A DNA stretch of 62,693 bases, filler included, from Globobulimina sp. (lineage: Eukaryota), in the NCBI GenBank assembly GCA_003354225.1. It is 24 parts of 24 records of this genome, joined end to end, with 100 filler letters (N's around TTAATTAATTAA, not from the genome) between each part and the next. Parts side by side here need not be neighbours in the genome. Positions count along the whole stretch, not along the records: positions 10,473 to 12,990 come from PIVH01006214.1; positions 13,091 to 15,608 come from PIVH01006215.1; positions 15,709 to 18,226 come from PIVH01006216.1; positions 18,327 to 20,844 come from PIVH01006217.1; positions 20,945 to 23,461 come from PIVH01006218.1; positions 23,562 to 26,078 come from PIVH01006219.1; 18 more parts are not named here. The stretch is one strand, 5' to 3'. Made by a program: the position numbers and the translations under genes. Below, one piece after another: positions 12,706-23,562 of this stretch (the stretch's first letter is position 1; each line of letters starts with the position of its first letter). The notes beneath the pieces were generated by a model, which had not been told where the DNA came from, did no database searches, and saw only the letters and a list, made by a program, of their open reading frames with translations.

Positions 12706-13343
12706 ATGATTTATTATCAAATTAACAATTAATAGTCATTAGTGTTTCTGATATGATATTTAAATCAGATATCATGATATATAAAATTTTTGTTGTTGTT
12801 TCATATATTCACTGATTTTTCTTCATTTTTTTCAATTGTATTTGATAAGTGCTTTGTGATCGAGATCGTGATTTCAAGTCAGTTTCGAACTTTTTTTTTT
12901 GAAGTGCTCTAGTCATCAAATGGCAGAGGAAAAAGTAGCAGAATCGAAAAACGATGGCTATAAAATTCCAAATGCATTGGATATTGCATTNNNNNNNNNN
13001 NNNNNNNNNNNNNNNNNNNNNNNNNNNNNNNNNNTTAATTAATTAANNNNNNNNNNNNNNNNNNNNNNNNNNNNNNNNNNNNNNNNNNNNTTTCAAAGAA
13101 TATATTGTATCTGATTCAGTCAATGATGATTCAACTGTTCGGCAATGCTTTTGGAATCTGCTAATATAAATGATAACCCCGCTGCAAATAACTGCGAGAA
13201 CCCAGAGAGATTTTGATTGATGCAGCTGCAATGTCTAAATTCTGTGATAATAGGAATTATGATCCATAATTATCGGCGCATTTTAGAAACGTACATCTCT
13301 AATTTTTTACGAGACGAATTGAAAATAACCCTATTAAAAAAAC

Positions 13344-14330
13344 ATGATGACTGTCGCAGTTTTAATTCATTCAACAAGTGCAATCGCAAATGCATTCATT
13401 GCTATCATGTTATTTTTTGAGCCATACATTACAATGCCTGTTGATTATGGTATTCTTCTCTTTATGCACGCAATAACGTTCTGCTGTTTGGTGGTACATG
13501 GCTGGTTATTGACATTAGGAAATGCAGGACTTCCTTCATTTATCCTTTATAATGCAAATAGAATACATAAATTATCCGAAAATGGTCGCCATAAGGTGGT
13601 TGGAAGCAGATTATATCCAAAACAAGCTGAGGAATATTCATGTTTGCGGATATATCTCTTCACTGATCATGTTATCCTACCCATTTGGATTTGTTGGTGT
13701 TCTGTTGTAATTATCCAAGGAAAACATTCTGCATTTGATTATTGTGGCGGCGTAGTATCAACATGCTTGGCACTCTATTTAGGCAAAGAATTGTTGAGAC
13801 ATTGGCAAATTCAAAAGAAACACAAGCTGACTGTTTCCAACAATAGTATATGGAAACTTTGTTTGAAACAAATATCATTTGCTGTCTTTGTTGGTTTAAT
13901 TATGATGTATGGATCACACAGAATTGCACACGATACAAGATTGACTGGATTTCAAATGACCACTGAGATTACTCAATACGTTTCTGGGTATTTAATGCCT
14001 ATAGTATTGATATATCATGTTGCATTTATTTTACTATTCTGTATTCGTCGAGGTTTGGTGCATTCAAATTTAGCAGTACAAATAATCAGGTGGGCTCACA
14101 GAGGTTTAGTACTGTATGTTGGCTTACGACCGATATGGAATGCTGCAAACGAAACACTTTCAATTGTTGAAACTTTGGTTTGTATTTTAGTATTCTCTTC
14201 TTATATGATGAGTGCACGCACGCCACGAATGATCAAGTATGGAGTAGGTGTTTTGTTTATGTGCCCAGTATATTCTGCATATGTTCACGGCATATTATTA
14301 CGCTATGTCAAAGATAATTTTTGGTTTTAA
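13344..14330 (+). CDS. Hypothetical multi-pass membrane protein
   Basis: 328-aa ORF with many hydrophobic segments; no recognised motif. Confidence 0.6.
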   Translation: MMTVAVLIHSTSAIANAFIAIMLFFEPYITMPVDYGILLFMHAITFCCLVVHGWLLTLGNAGLPSFILYNANRIHKLSENGRHKVVGSRLYPKQAEEYSCLRIYLFTDHVILPIWICWCSVVIIQGKHSAFDYCGGVVSTCLALYLGKELLRHWQIQKKHKLTVSNNSIWKLCLKQISFAVFVGLIMMYGSHRIAHDTRLTGFQMTTEITQYVSGYLMPIVLIYHVAFILLFCIRRGLVHSNLAVQIIRWAHRGLVLYVGLRPIWNAANETLSIVETLVCILVFSSYMMSARTPRMIKYGVGVLFMCPVYSAYVHGILLRYVKDNFWF

Positions 14331-14816
14331 ATTTGTTTTTCCCTTGTAAACTTTGTTTTATTACCCATGTAATAAATATACTTTGGTTTATTACATGGTG
14401 TAATAACGGGTTCTTTCCGGATGCACGACTGTATTTTAAATATTAGTACGTTTTTTTTTCACTTAGTAAAAATCTTTCGTGTAACGTGATGCTAACTGTG
14501 TGTGAAATGTATGAGTTAAAAATCATCAGAAGATTATCGACCGTGTGGAGATCGTCTCATCTGGCTAAGAAAATCCAAAGGGAAATCCAGAGTTTATCTA
14601 AAATATGCATATAGATAGATAGAAGATAGATAGATAGACAGATATGTTTGTACATACCTTTTGTGAACAGATACATCTGTATTATAAATCAATACATACA
14701 TTATTTCAACTAGCTATCTGTCTATCTATGCATACACAGCTGGGCAGACAGATGGATTGAATTGATACGCAAATACTTTCTTGCCATTGTTAAGTTTAAA
14801 AACATCACAGTCCATC

Positions 14817-15540
14817 ATGTCGCATAACAAGCGACTGTTCCCAACTACAATCAATGCAGATACAATCACAATTCAACCACCTCGCAAGCGACAACGACTG
14901 ACAATCTCTACAACACCTACAACACTCAGAACCAGACGTCGCACTCTGTCGCCTAAACAACATCACAGGCAATTAATTGGATGGAAAAAAACAACTCTGA
15001 AGACCAAATCGATTCCTGCAATCAATTTTGAATATTTCATTGTCACCCCTTTGTCAACCAAAAAAAAACCTTTCATTGTTTGCAATAATAATAAATTCCA
15101 TCAAAGTAAACCATGCCAAGGCACTGTTTCGTATTTTTATTGTCGAGAAAATGAATGCAAAGGCTGTATGTGTTTTATATTTTATTTGATAGTTAGATAG
15201 AATGCATCTGACTGTATGTGTTTTATATTTGGTTTGATAGTTAGATAGATGGATAGAATGCATCTGAGTGTATGTGTTTTGTATTTTATATGATAGTTAG
15301 ATAGATAGATAGAATGCATTTGGATGTATGTGTTTTATATTTGGTTTGATAGTTTATATTTGGTCTTTCAAACTGTGTCAGAGTGTGCACAAAATATGTT
15401 TCTATGAAGTTCACAAAAGAATATACCATTTTGTTGACATCGTTTGGCAACACACTCGGTCTTGTCCGATTGTTTGTTGTCAGGCAAAGTTTCAACGAGA
15501 TTCCGATATTTTTTTTCTTGAGCAACATCTGATTGCATGA
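14817..15540 (+). CDS. Hypothetical protein with possible FLYWCH/WRKY-like zinc finger
   Basis: FIVCNNNKFHQSK...SYFYCRENECKG, then a repeat-filled GT-AG intron (about 15166-15352) and an exon with QHTRSCP. Confidence 0.3.
15165..15360 (+). repeat. Tandem repeat, about 4 copies of a 45-60 nt unit containing GATA microsatellite
   Basis: tgtatgtgtttt(a/g)tattt...tgatagttagatag...aatgcat recurs. Confidence 0.85.
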
Positions 15541-15735
15541 GACGACTGTGGAAGCGAATAGAGATGTGTTGGATGAATATCGATGAATTTTGCAGTTTGT
15601 TGATTGTTNNNNNNNNNNNNNNNNNNNNNNNNNNNNNNNNNNNNNNNNNNNNTTAATTAATTAANNNNNNNNNNNNNNNNNNNNNNNNNNNNNNNNNNNN
15701 NNNNNNNNAGCGAAATAGAGTCATTTTTATACAGA

Positions 15736-16990
15736 TTGTGCATGTATTCGAGCATTATCATACTATGCATGGTACCAACCTTATTATTGATATATTACAT
15801 ATTTTTCTCACTGTTTCGCTTATTATTTTGTATGATAAATGCGTGCAAAACACAGTCGCGACTCGACAATGTGGGAAATAATAACAATGACAATGGATAT
15901 TTGGACAAATTAGAAAGAAGTAATTTGGTTGAAAAATCCGTATCAGATTGTCCAATTTGTATGAGTTCATCCATCGAATTGATACTGACCAAAGGATGTA
16001 AGCATGGATCCTGTCGACAGTGTTTGTATCAATATTTAGTCACTGATTTAAAGAATATCGCGGCTTATCCGCGGAAATGTTTTATGAACGAATGTGAGAT
16101 ATTATTGAATTATACAAATGTTGAATATGTATTAAGGTATAAATACTCTGTAACAAAAGCATTGGAGTATGTAATCTGAGACAATGGTTCCCTTCAATTG
16201 AACATGAAAGCCATTGTCTCAACTTATTTACTCAAGAAAAAAAACTTTTGAGCATGGCAACTTTGTTAAAAATGCAATGCTTTTGTTGGACTTCAGAGAT
16301 AACAGTTTATTGGAAGAGTATGATAGAATGTTAATTATGTCGTGTACCTCGGGCAATAATGACAGCATCGCTTGTCCGCTATGCAACGCCGTGATGTTGA
16401 AACCGAAGAATGTTTTGCCAGATCGCACATTGATGCAATGTGTGAATGAGAATTGTGACTGCGATTTGTGCAGTAAATGCGGCGTATTGTACCATTTGAA
16501 TAAGACTTGCGACGAATATCAAAATGAAATCAAGTATAAAACGTCGGGCGCAGACGACGCATTTAACGAATTAACCAAAGCAAAGAAATGGTGCAAATGT
16601 CCCAATTGCGGCTTGGTGGTGGAACGAAGCGAAGGTTGCTATCATATGACGCATTATGGCTGTCCCGGTGGCGGCGTTGAGCGGAGAACTGATTTTTGCT
16701 ATTTTTGTGCCGAGACATTGATGAAAAAAAATGGCGAAGGATGGAGGTTTAGCAAAATTACACAAAGCAAGCACTTTGAAAACGGAGTGTATGAAGAATG
16801 CGTAAATGCGGATAAAATAATGATCGGCGATGAGCAGGATAATTTTAATGAAATTATTAATATTATAAATGAGGAAGAAAATATTATTACAGATGAAGAA
16901 AATATTGACATTGATATTGATATTGTTGTAGAAGATGATGATGACATTCAATTGAACGCAAATATGAATATGAATCAGGGCTTCCTGTGA
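15736..16990 (+). CDS. RBR (RING1-IBR-RING2) E3 ubiquitin ligase, probably 5'-partial
   Basis: RING1 CPIC...CKHGSCRQC...C..C; IBR CPLC...CSKCGVLYH; RING2 CPNCGLVVERSEGCYHMTH...FCYFC. Intron 16137-16296 is in frame. Confidence 0.9.
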
Positions 16991-17384
16991 TGATCTTTTT
17001 TTTGTATGATTTCAATGTGTGTTTTGTTTTATTGTTTTTGCTTTTGAAATTCAAACTTTTTACCATATATTCATGCGCCATTTGTTTTTAATTGCAATAT
17101 TTGTCAGTGTTCATCAGTGATGCTGTTTGTTGGCGTGGTTGCGTTTGTTGTTAAATATCGTAAAGTCATTTTGAAGGAGACATCGGGAAATCCACTAAAT
17201 GCAATTGCTACAGAATCATATGGTGCAGTCACTGCAGTGTAAGCCTGCTCTGAATTGCTACTTTTTTTTTTTTGTTATATAAAACTTAATATTTTTGTGT
17301 GTAATTAATTAATTGCGAAGTTGACATCACTTTTAACAAAAATGGATATATAAAAGTGTTGCTAGTGTTTTTATATTGGATAAG

Positions 17385-17969
17385 TTATATCAGTCTTTTG
17401 TAATTATATCCTTTCAACAAATCTGATGCATTCGAAAAATCAACAATAAGAATACATATTACATATGGTATTTCATTATACGATTTACATAATATATTAT
17501 ACACTAAATCATAGATTGAATTTTTCTTTTTTATGACATAACAATTTTTCGTTAATATTGTATTGGTGAACATTTTGGTGATTTGCTGATGATTTATTGT
17601 GAAATATAAAATATTATCCTCAATTAACGAATGTATGGAATAAAAGGTAATGAACGTTCCATCTCTGAAACCATTAATTTTATATTCAATCATTTTATTG
17701 GTATCAGTATGATAAATATTCACAGTTTGATCAGGTTTGATCCATTTTGGATATTTAAGATTTGATAACAATATTTTATTCAACAGGTAATATTTTTCAA
17801 CTTTTCTTTTTGATATTTTTATAATTTTCTCCTTTCGCCTGCATTTTTTAAATACTTTTAGCACAATATACGTTGTTTGTGACTCAATAGTTTCTGCATT
17901 ACGCCAGTGTTTATTTTTGTACTTACATTCAATTCTAGCACCCACACTGAATATAGATTTTACTGACAT
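17385..17969 (-). CDS. Hypothetical protein
   Basis: 194-aa ATG-started ORF with an SH3/Tudor-like start (FSVGARIECKYKNKHW) and C-terminal IPYVICILIVDF motif. Confidence 0.5.
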   Translation of the reverse strand: MSVKSIFSVGARIECKYKNKHWRNAETIESQTTYIVLKVFKKCRRKEKIIKISKRKVEKYYLLNKILLSNLKYPKWIKPDQTVNIYHTDTNKMIEYKINGFRDGTFITFYSIHSLIEDNILYFTINHQQITKMFTNTILTKNCYVIKKKNSIYDLVYNILCKSYNEIPYVICILIVDFSNASDLLKGYNYKRLI

Positions 17970-18030
17970 TATAAAACTTAAATGATTGATATTTTTAGCA
18001 GCAAAACTTCGACAAAACTCTCTTTGTGTA

Positions 18031-18226
18031 ATGGGTTTTAAACGAGTATCGATTGTGATCGTAGTGATTGCGACATTAGCTATTATAGCTCCGATGATAT
18101 ACTACCAAATTGATCAACGCGAATTCAACAGAAGAACCACTGCTGAACAAGCAGCGAAAAACAATAGCTTCAGAGGCAAAACGGTGATCGTGACAGGCTC
18201 CTCGGCGGGAATTGGCATACCGACAG
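18031..18226 (+). CDS. Short-chain dehydrogenase/reductase (retinol dehydrogenase-like), 3'-partial
   Basis: N-terminal TM helix then Rossmann motif GKTVIVTGSSAGIG. Confidence 0.85.
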
Positions 18227-18503
18227 NNNNNNNNNNNNNNNNNNNNNNNNNNNNNNNNNNNNNNNNNNNNTTAATTAATTAANNNNNNNNNNNNNNNNNN
18301 NNNNNNNNNNNNNNNNNNNNNNNNNNATGATGTGATGTCTGTAAAGTCTGCAGATTCTGTTGCGACAAATGCGACAGCAATATTCGATCAAATATTTTCA
18401 AGATGTTTAGTACTGTATAGATCCACTCATATATATACAATACACGATATATACTGAAATACAAACAGACCAAACCAACATACCAAATACATTTGGTTCC
18501 ATT

Positions 18504-20355
18504 TTGCCGGCCTCACCAATTGCAGCCAAACATGTGACCAACAAACAACAACTGAAAGCCCATCAATTTGTGACTGTGGTTCCTCAGAATATGCCTCAAA
18601 ATAATAACACTGCCTCAAAATTCACATTTATCCAAAACGACAGTAACAATATGGACACATTCGACTCCTTATCACAAATCAATGGAATGACGCATGGCAT
18701 GGATGCCAATTACAACACCGTTCCGGATCCAGCGCCAATTCAAAGGTCCAGCAGTGCTAAAAAATACGACCAAAAGCAAAATAACAGCAATGCCGCGCAT
18801 ATATATCACAATAATTACAACAACACTTCAATGTCACCGACAGCGCATAACAGCAATCCACAAATGCACAGATTTGCAAACAATCACAATTCAATATCGC
18901 CGCGATCCCATTTAAATACGCGACCATTTGCTATAAATCAACAAATGGCATCGCAACGACCCGTATATCAGAAAGCGAACAGTAATCCCAATCCACACCG
19001 ACCCCCCGTACAGCCATTGCAAAATCTGGCTTTTAATCAACAAAATTATCATAATCAATATCAAAATAGAAATATTAATCACCATTACACTCAATATCCA
19101 AATCCAAATCAACGGCAAACATGGAACCAAAATAGGAACGTCAACCAAAATATGAATATGAGTCAAAATATGCATCAAAATCATAGATTTAATCAATATC
19201 ACACTGCAAATATCAACGTCAACGCAACACAGTCGAATACTGTCAGTGAGAATATTTCTTTTATTCCTCCCTCTCCAGCACCGATATATCAGTCAAGACC
19301 ACAGAACAATGTCTGTGGAAACCAAAGGAACAGAAACAGTATCAATAATTTGCCGCCATCCCCGCCACGCCATAATATCCCACTGCTGCAACCACAGAAC
19401 AACAGCAACAATTTGCCACGGTTACAGGCGCAGAGTATGGTGAATATGAACAGCAACAGTCACAGTCACAGTGCATCGCCGTATTTCTTATCGCAGTCAA
19501 TGTCACCCACTTCATCAACGGACGAATTTGGTGCCAGACAATGTAATTCGCAGCCAAACTCACCAAATATGGACACCATTGCAAATATGAACCATATCCC
19601 TATACACAATAATGCAGCCTTTGTGCCTCCATCGCCGTCACCAATACAAAGACAGGTACAGCACAACAACAATATGTATAATACGCACAGCGATAATGTC
19701 CCCGCCGCAGCCACGCCGCACACTGTCAATCTCAATATGAACAGTAAGAAACCCAACGGTGTATTCATCAGTCTATGGGACGAAGATAACACAACAGACG
19801 AAGACAGCGATTATGCTTCCTCCTCGTCCTCCGATTCCTGGCTGGAACAACAGAAACTATCCGCATTGACATCCTTCAGTACAATTGAGGCCACTCCAAA
19901 GCATACAGTCGCAAAGGAAGCGTCTGAGGCATCGTCGCCACCGCAACAATACGTTATCGATGCCATGGACGCCATATTTAACATTAAAAAGTACGAAGAT
20001 TACACCCCAGATTTGCCCGCAGAGCCAGTCGAAGAATGTACAGAAACCGACCATGATCCCAATGCCATTCAGTTGCAATCGATCATTTGGAGTGTCACCA
20101 ATCCGTACAACAATAACCGAGAGGTGAATGGCAGCAAAATCAGAGATGTGTTGCTGTTATGTCATCCCATCTTTACTGACAGCGTAGAGATCTTAGCTTT
20201 GCTGCAAAAACGGTTTCTAGTTCGCGACAATGTGCCGGATGCCATCCACTGGCAAATCCAGAGCAAAGTCTGTGCGTTTTTGCAAGCTTGGATGCGGTGT
20301 TATTATTATCAGGATTTCGAATTGTATCCGGACTCTGAAATGAAAGTAGAATTGT
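18504..20355 (+). CDS. RasGEF N-terminal part (long N/Q/P-rich region plus REM domain), partial
   Basis: IRDVLLLCHPIFTDSVEILALLQKRF...IQSKVCAFLQAWMRCYYYQDF fits the REM (RasGEF_N) pattern. Confidence 0.75.
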
Positions 20356-22424
20356 ATTCCAAATATTGTCTTGTATGATACGACAAAAATGCCACGGCCA
20401 AATCTATGCACTCTCACTGTGTCAAAAGCAAAAGAATTTGAGGCTGAAGCTGTGTTTATTGTATCCAATCCAAATTATGTGATGAAACAAGGAATACCTG
20501 CATTTGTTTCATATTTTGATGTATGATGCTAATAGTTTATTATTGTAGTTGTGTTTGGGTTTTCTTATTTTGTTTATTTTGTTTGTTTAATTATTGTTGA
20601 TCTGACAATTAACTGTCAGATCGTAACTGACTATCCTTGCACACAAATATTATTGTTTTTCTTATTCATACTTTAGAATAGGACCTGTTTAGAACACTTT
20701 TCTTTTGAAATTGTATACATTATCAGATCCTAGCACTGTATGCAAATCTCCATAGGATTTTAAATTGTTTAAACACGCGGTATTCTAAACACAAAACAAA
20801 TTATTCTAAATTTCAAATTATTCTATATTTATTCTAAAGTAAATNNNNNNNNNNNNNNNNNNNNNNNNNNNNNNNNNNNNNNNNNNNNTTAATTAATTAA
20901 NNNNNNNNNNNNNNNNNNNNNNNNNNNNNNNNNNNNNNNNNNNNAATGGCTCTACTAAATAGTATTGACTTTCGTTGTGCGTTTAGTTCTTGGCGATATT
21001 TTAAAAACTGTCATGTGTTGTCATACCATGACAGTAAATCGAAACTACAATGTTTACTTGTCAGCTAATACCTCGATGTTGCCACTTAGCTAGCAAACAA
21101 CTGTAGACAGACAGTCGTAATATCGATGGCGACAACGTTCTTTTCAAAACAGCTGAGATTTAGTTTAAACTGATCAATCAGCTGCATTGAAAATGTTTAC
21201 ATTTATGCGAATTAAAAGCTATGTCCGATCAACGTGCTACTTTTACCAGTGCAACGTTTAGCACTTGTCAAACTGCAAAGCATATATAATATGCTATGCA
21301 GGTCAATGGAAACGGTTGTCTAAAATTGCTAGTTTTATTAAGTGAAACTGGTAATTCATGTTTGTAAAATACACCAGGTACAAAGTGACCTAATACTTTT
21401 ACAAATAAAATGGTCAATGGTATTCGCATTTGTGAATTTTATAGTTGCTAAAGGCACTAACGATACTATGGAGTGTTATCTCATGACACGTTCACTGTCA
21501 TAAATTCACTAATTCAAATACAATACTATGGATTTTTAAATCTGGTATTGTTGGTACTATATAGTTAGGTGTTCTGTCTCATAATCGATGTTGTTTAACC
21601 ACAGAGTGCAACATTGTGAGAAGACATTGAACCCGTTTGGTTTAAGCCGCCTAGACTATATACAATTTGAAATGGAAGGATAATAATCGAGCTACCGCTA
21701 CCGGACAGTTATAAAGCTTCTGGCAGCCCTCACAATGCACAGGCTAAGCATTATTAGCTTCGCCTCCATAAAATGGTAGGAGCATTGTACAGTATTAAGC
21801 AGCTGCAATGACACACTTAATACTGAAAGTCCATCCAATCCAGCTGCACTTCCCATTGTTTGAGTTTGCAATCTCAGTAGTGGGAAGAAGGCTTACTAAT
21901 CGGCAGGTCATAACCTCCGTTTAGTAACCAACAGCAATATCAATGGTATGGATTGAGGATTTATTAATTATTATTTTCAAATGATGATTATTTCAAAATT
22001 GTTATGTGTGCCTGATCTGATGCCATGGACTAAGTTCAGGTAAATACCGTTTTATTTTAAACTATAGAGCTATAAAGTTGTAGTCTTATTATGGCTGCAA
22101 ACTCTGGTAGTAACGTTTCCAACTGATTATGGTATGTGCGTTCCAGTACATGTACTGAATGCATTACCATATGAAGGTGGTACTGTATACAAAGTCTACA
22201 GTAGGTCGTGTTACAAATGCACCGAGCATAAAGTAAATATTGTATGGTATGAATCTAAAATGATACCATACTAACATTCGTGTATGCAAATCCAGCATGT
22301 GTATTGATTGCACTGCTGTACAGTATGAAGTGGAACTGTACACAGACCCTACAATGGGCCATATTGCCGAATATGATATTATTACCAGTAGTATTGATTT
22401 CTACTGCTGATAATAAAGCTACAG

Positions 22425-22850
22425 ATGCACATGCATGGTTCGCCGATTTTCGATTTGTCAGACACTGATTTGACAAATATTGAGAAAGAGACCGTCGTAG
22501 AAACACTGAAGTGGTACGCAGCCATCCTTCAGTCACATGACTATGGGCACATAACCTTAGTGGAGCACAAGGTTAACGTTGGGGATAATAGTCCGATTAG
22601 GCAGCGCCCTTATAGAATACCTTTTAAGCAACGGTTTTGGTCGAAGAGCATGGGGCAGAGACATGCTAAAAAGGGAGTGATCGCGCCGTCAACTTCCTCG
22701 GGGGCCTCGCCTATACTTTTAGTGCCTAAAAAGGATGGAGAAATGCGTTTTTGTTTTGTTAATTTTCGAAAAAGTCAATGCTATTGCGAGAATAGTAGAC
22801 AGTTACCTAGGAGCGATGATTTAATAGATCTAATAGGGTCTAATTAAGTC
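22425..22850 (+). mobile_element. Degenerate Ty3/gypsy LTR retrotransposon pol fragment (RT N-terminus)
   Basis: HKVNVGDNSPIRQRPYRIP...GVIAPSTSSGASPILLVPKKDGEMRFC..FRK...LPRSDDLID; decayed and truncated before the catalytic motifs. Confidence 0.85.
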
Positions 22851-23224
22851 ACAAAAAGTTCGACGTGTATATGGGTGTTTGTTTTCGTTTTGTAGAGGCA
22901 CGAGAAAAATAATTGCCTTCGTATAGTACACCCATGGTTTAGGGCAGTTGTTAGCATTGCCATTCGATTTCGTAATGTACCAGTGATTATGAGCTAATGA
23001 AAACGTTTTACAGGCCTTGACCAAGCGCTAATCTGCTCAATAGACAATGTTCTATTTAGTAGTTTCCTTTAAGGAAGTGTTAATGTTATTAGTAGCTGTA
23101 TTTGTCGTTGAAGTTTACGCGAAAAGAGGTGCAGCTTGTTTGTGTTTTTGTTGTCGGATGGGACGGAATAAGTCTATCGTCTACGATCATAGCTGCAGCC
23201 GTAAATTCGTGTAAATGTTTATTT

Positions 23225-23260
23225 ACTAGCGCGTGCGCGGGCGCTCCGCGCCCGTCGCAC
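23225..23260 (-). mobile_element. Helitron-like 3' terminus (GC hairpin plus CTAG)
   Basis: On the minus strand: stem CGGGCGC-GGA-GCGCCCG, 8 nt, CTAG, then T. Confidence 0.55.
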
Positions 23261-23562
23261 TTGTGTTTATTTATTGTCGCCGACCGTGCATCAGTCTCTT
23301 TGTATGCCTTGTCTAAAAGGAGACTCAAGTTAAATGGGCTGGTAATAGCTAAAAAGCGTTTGATGAGTTTTAAATACTGTTGAATGACTGCCCTCGTTTT
23401 GGTATACCTCGATTTTCGATATCTGTGCTCGAGACAGATAGTTTATTAATCGATCGATCGANNNNNNNNNNNNNNNNNNNNNNNNNNNNNNNNNNNNNNN
23501 NNNNNTTAATTAATTAANNNNNNNNNNNNNNNNNNNNNNNNNNNNNNNNNNNNNNNNNNNNA

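Noticed and set aside
15165-15360. CRISPR-like array
   Set aside because: No unique spacers, microsatellite-containing units, eukaryotic context and no cas genes.
20599-20622. Small hairpin GATCTGACA-attaac-TGTCAGATC
   Set aside because: Short, single and without context; not distinguishable from chance.
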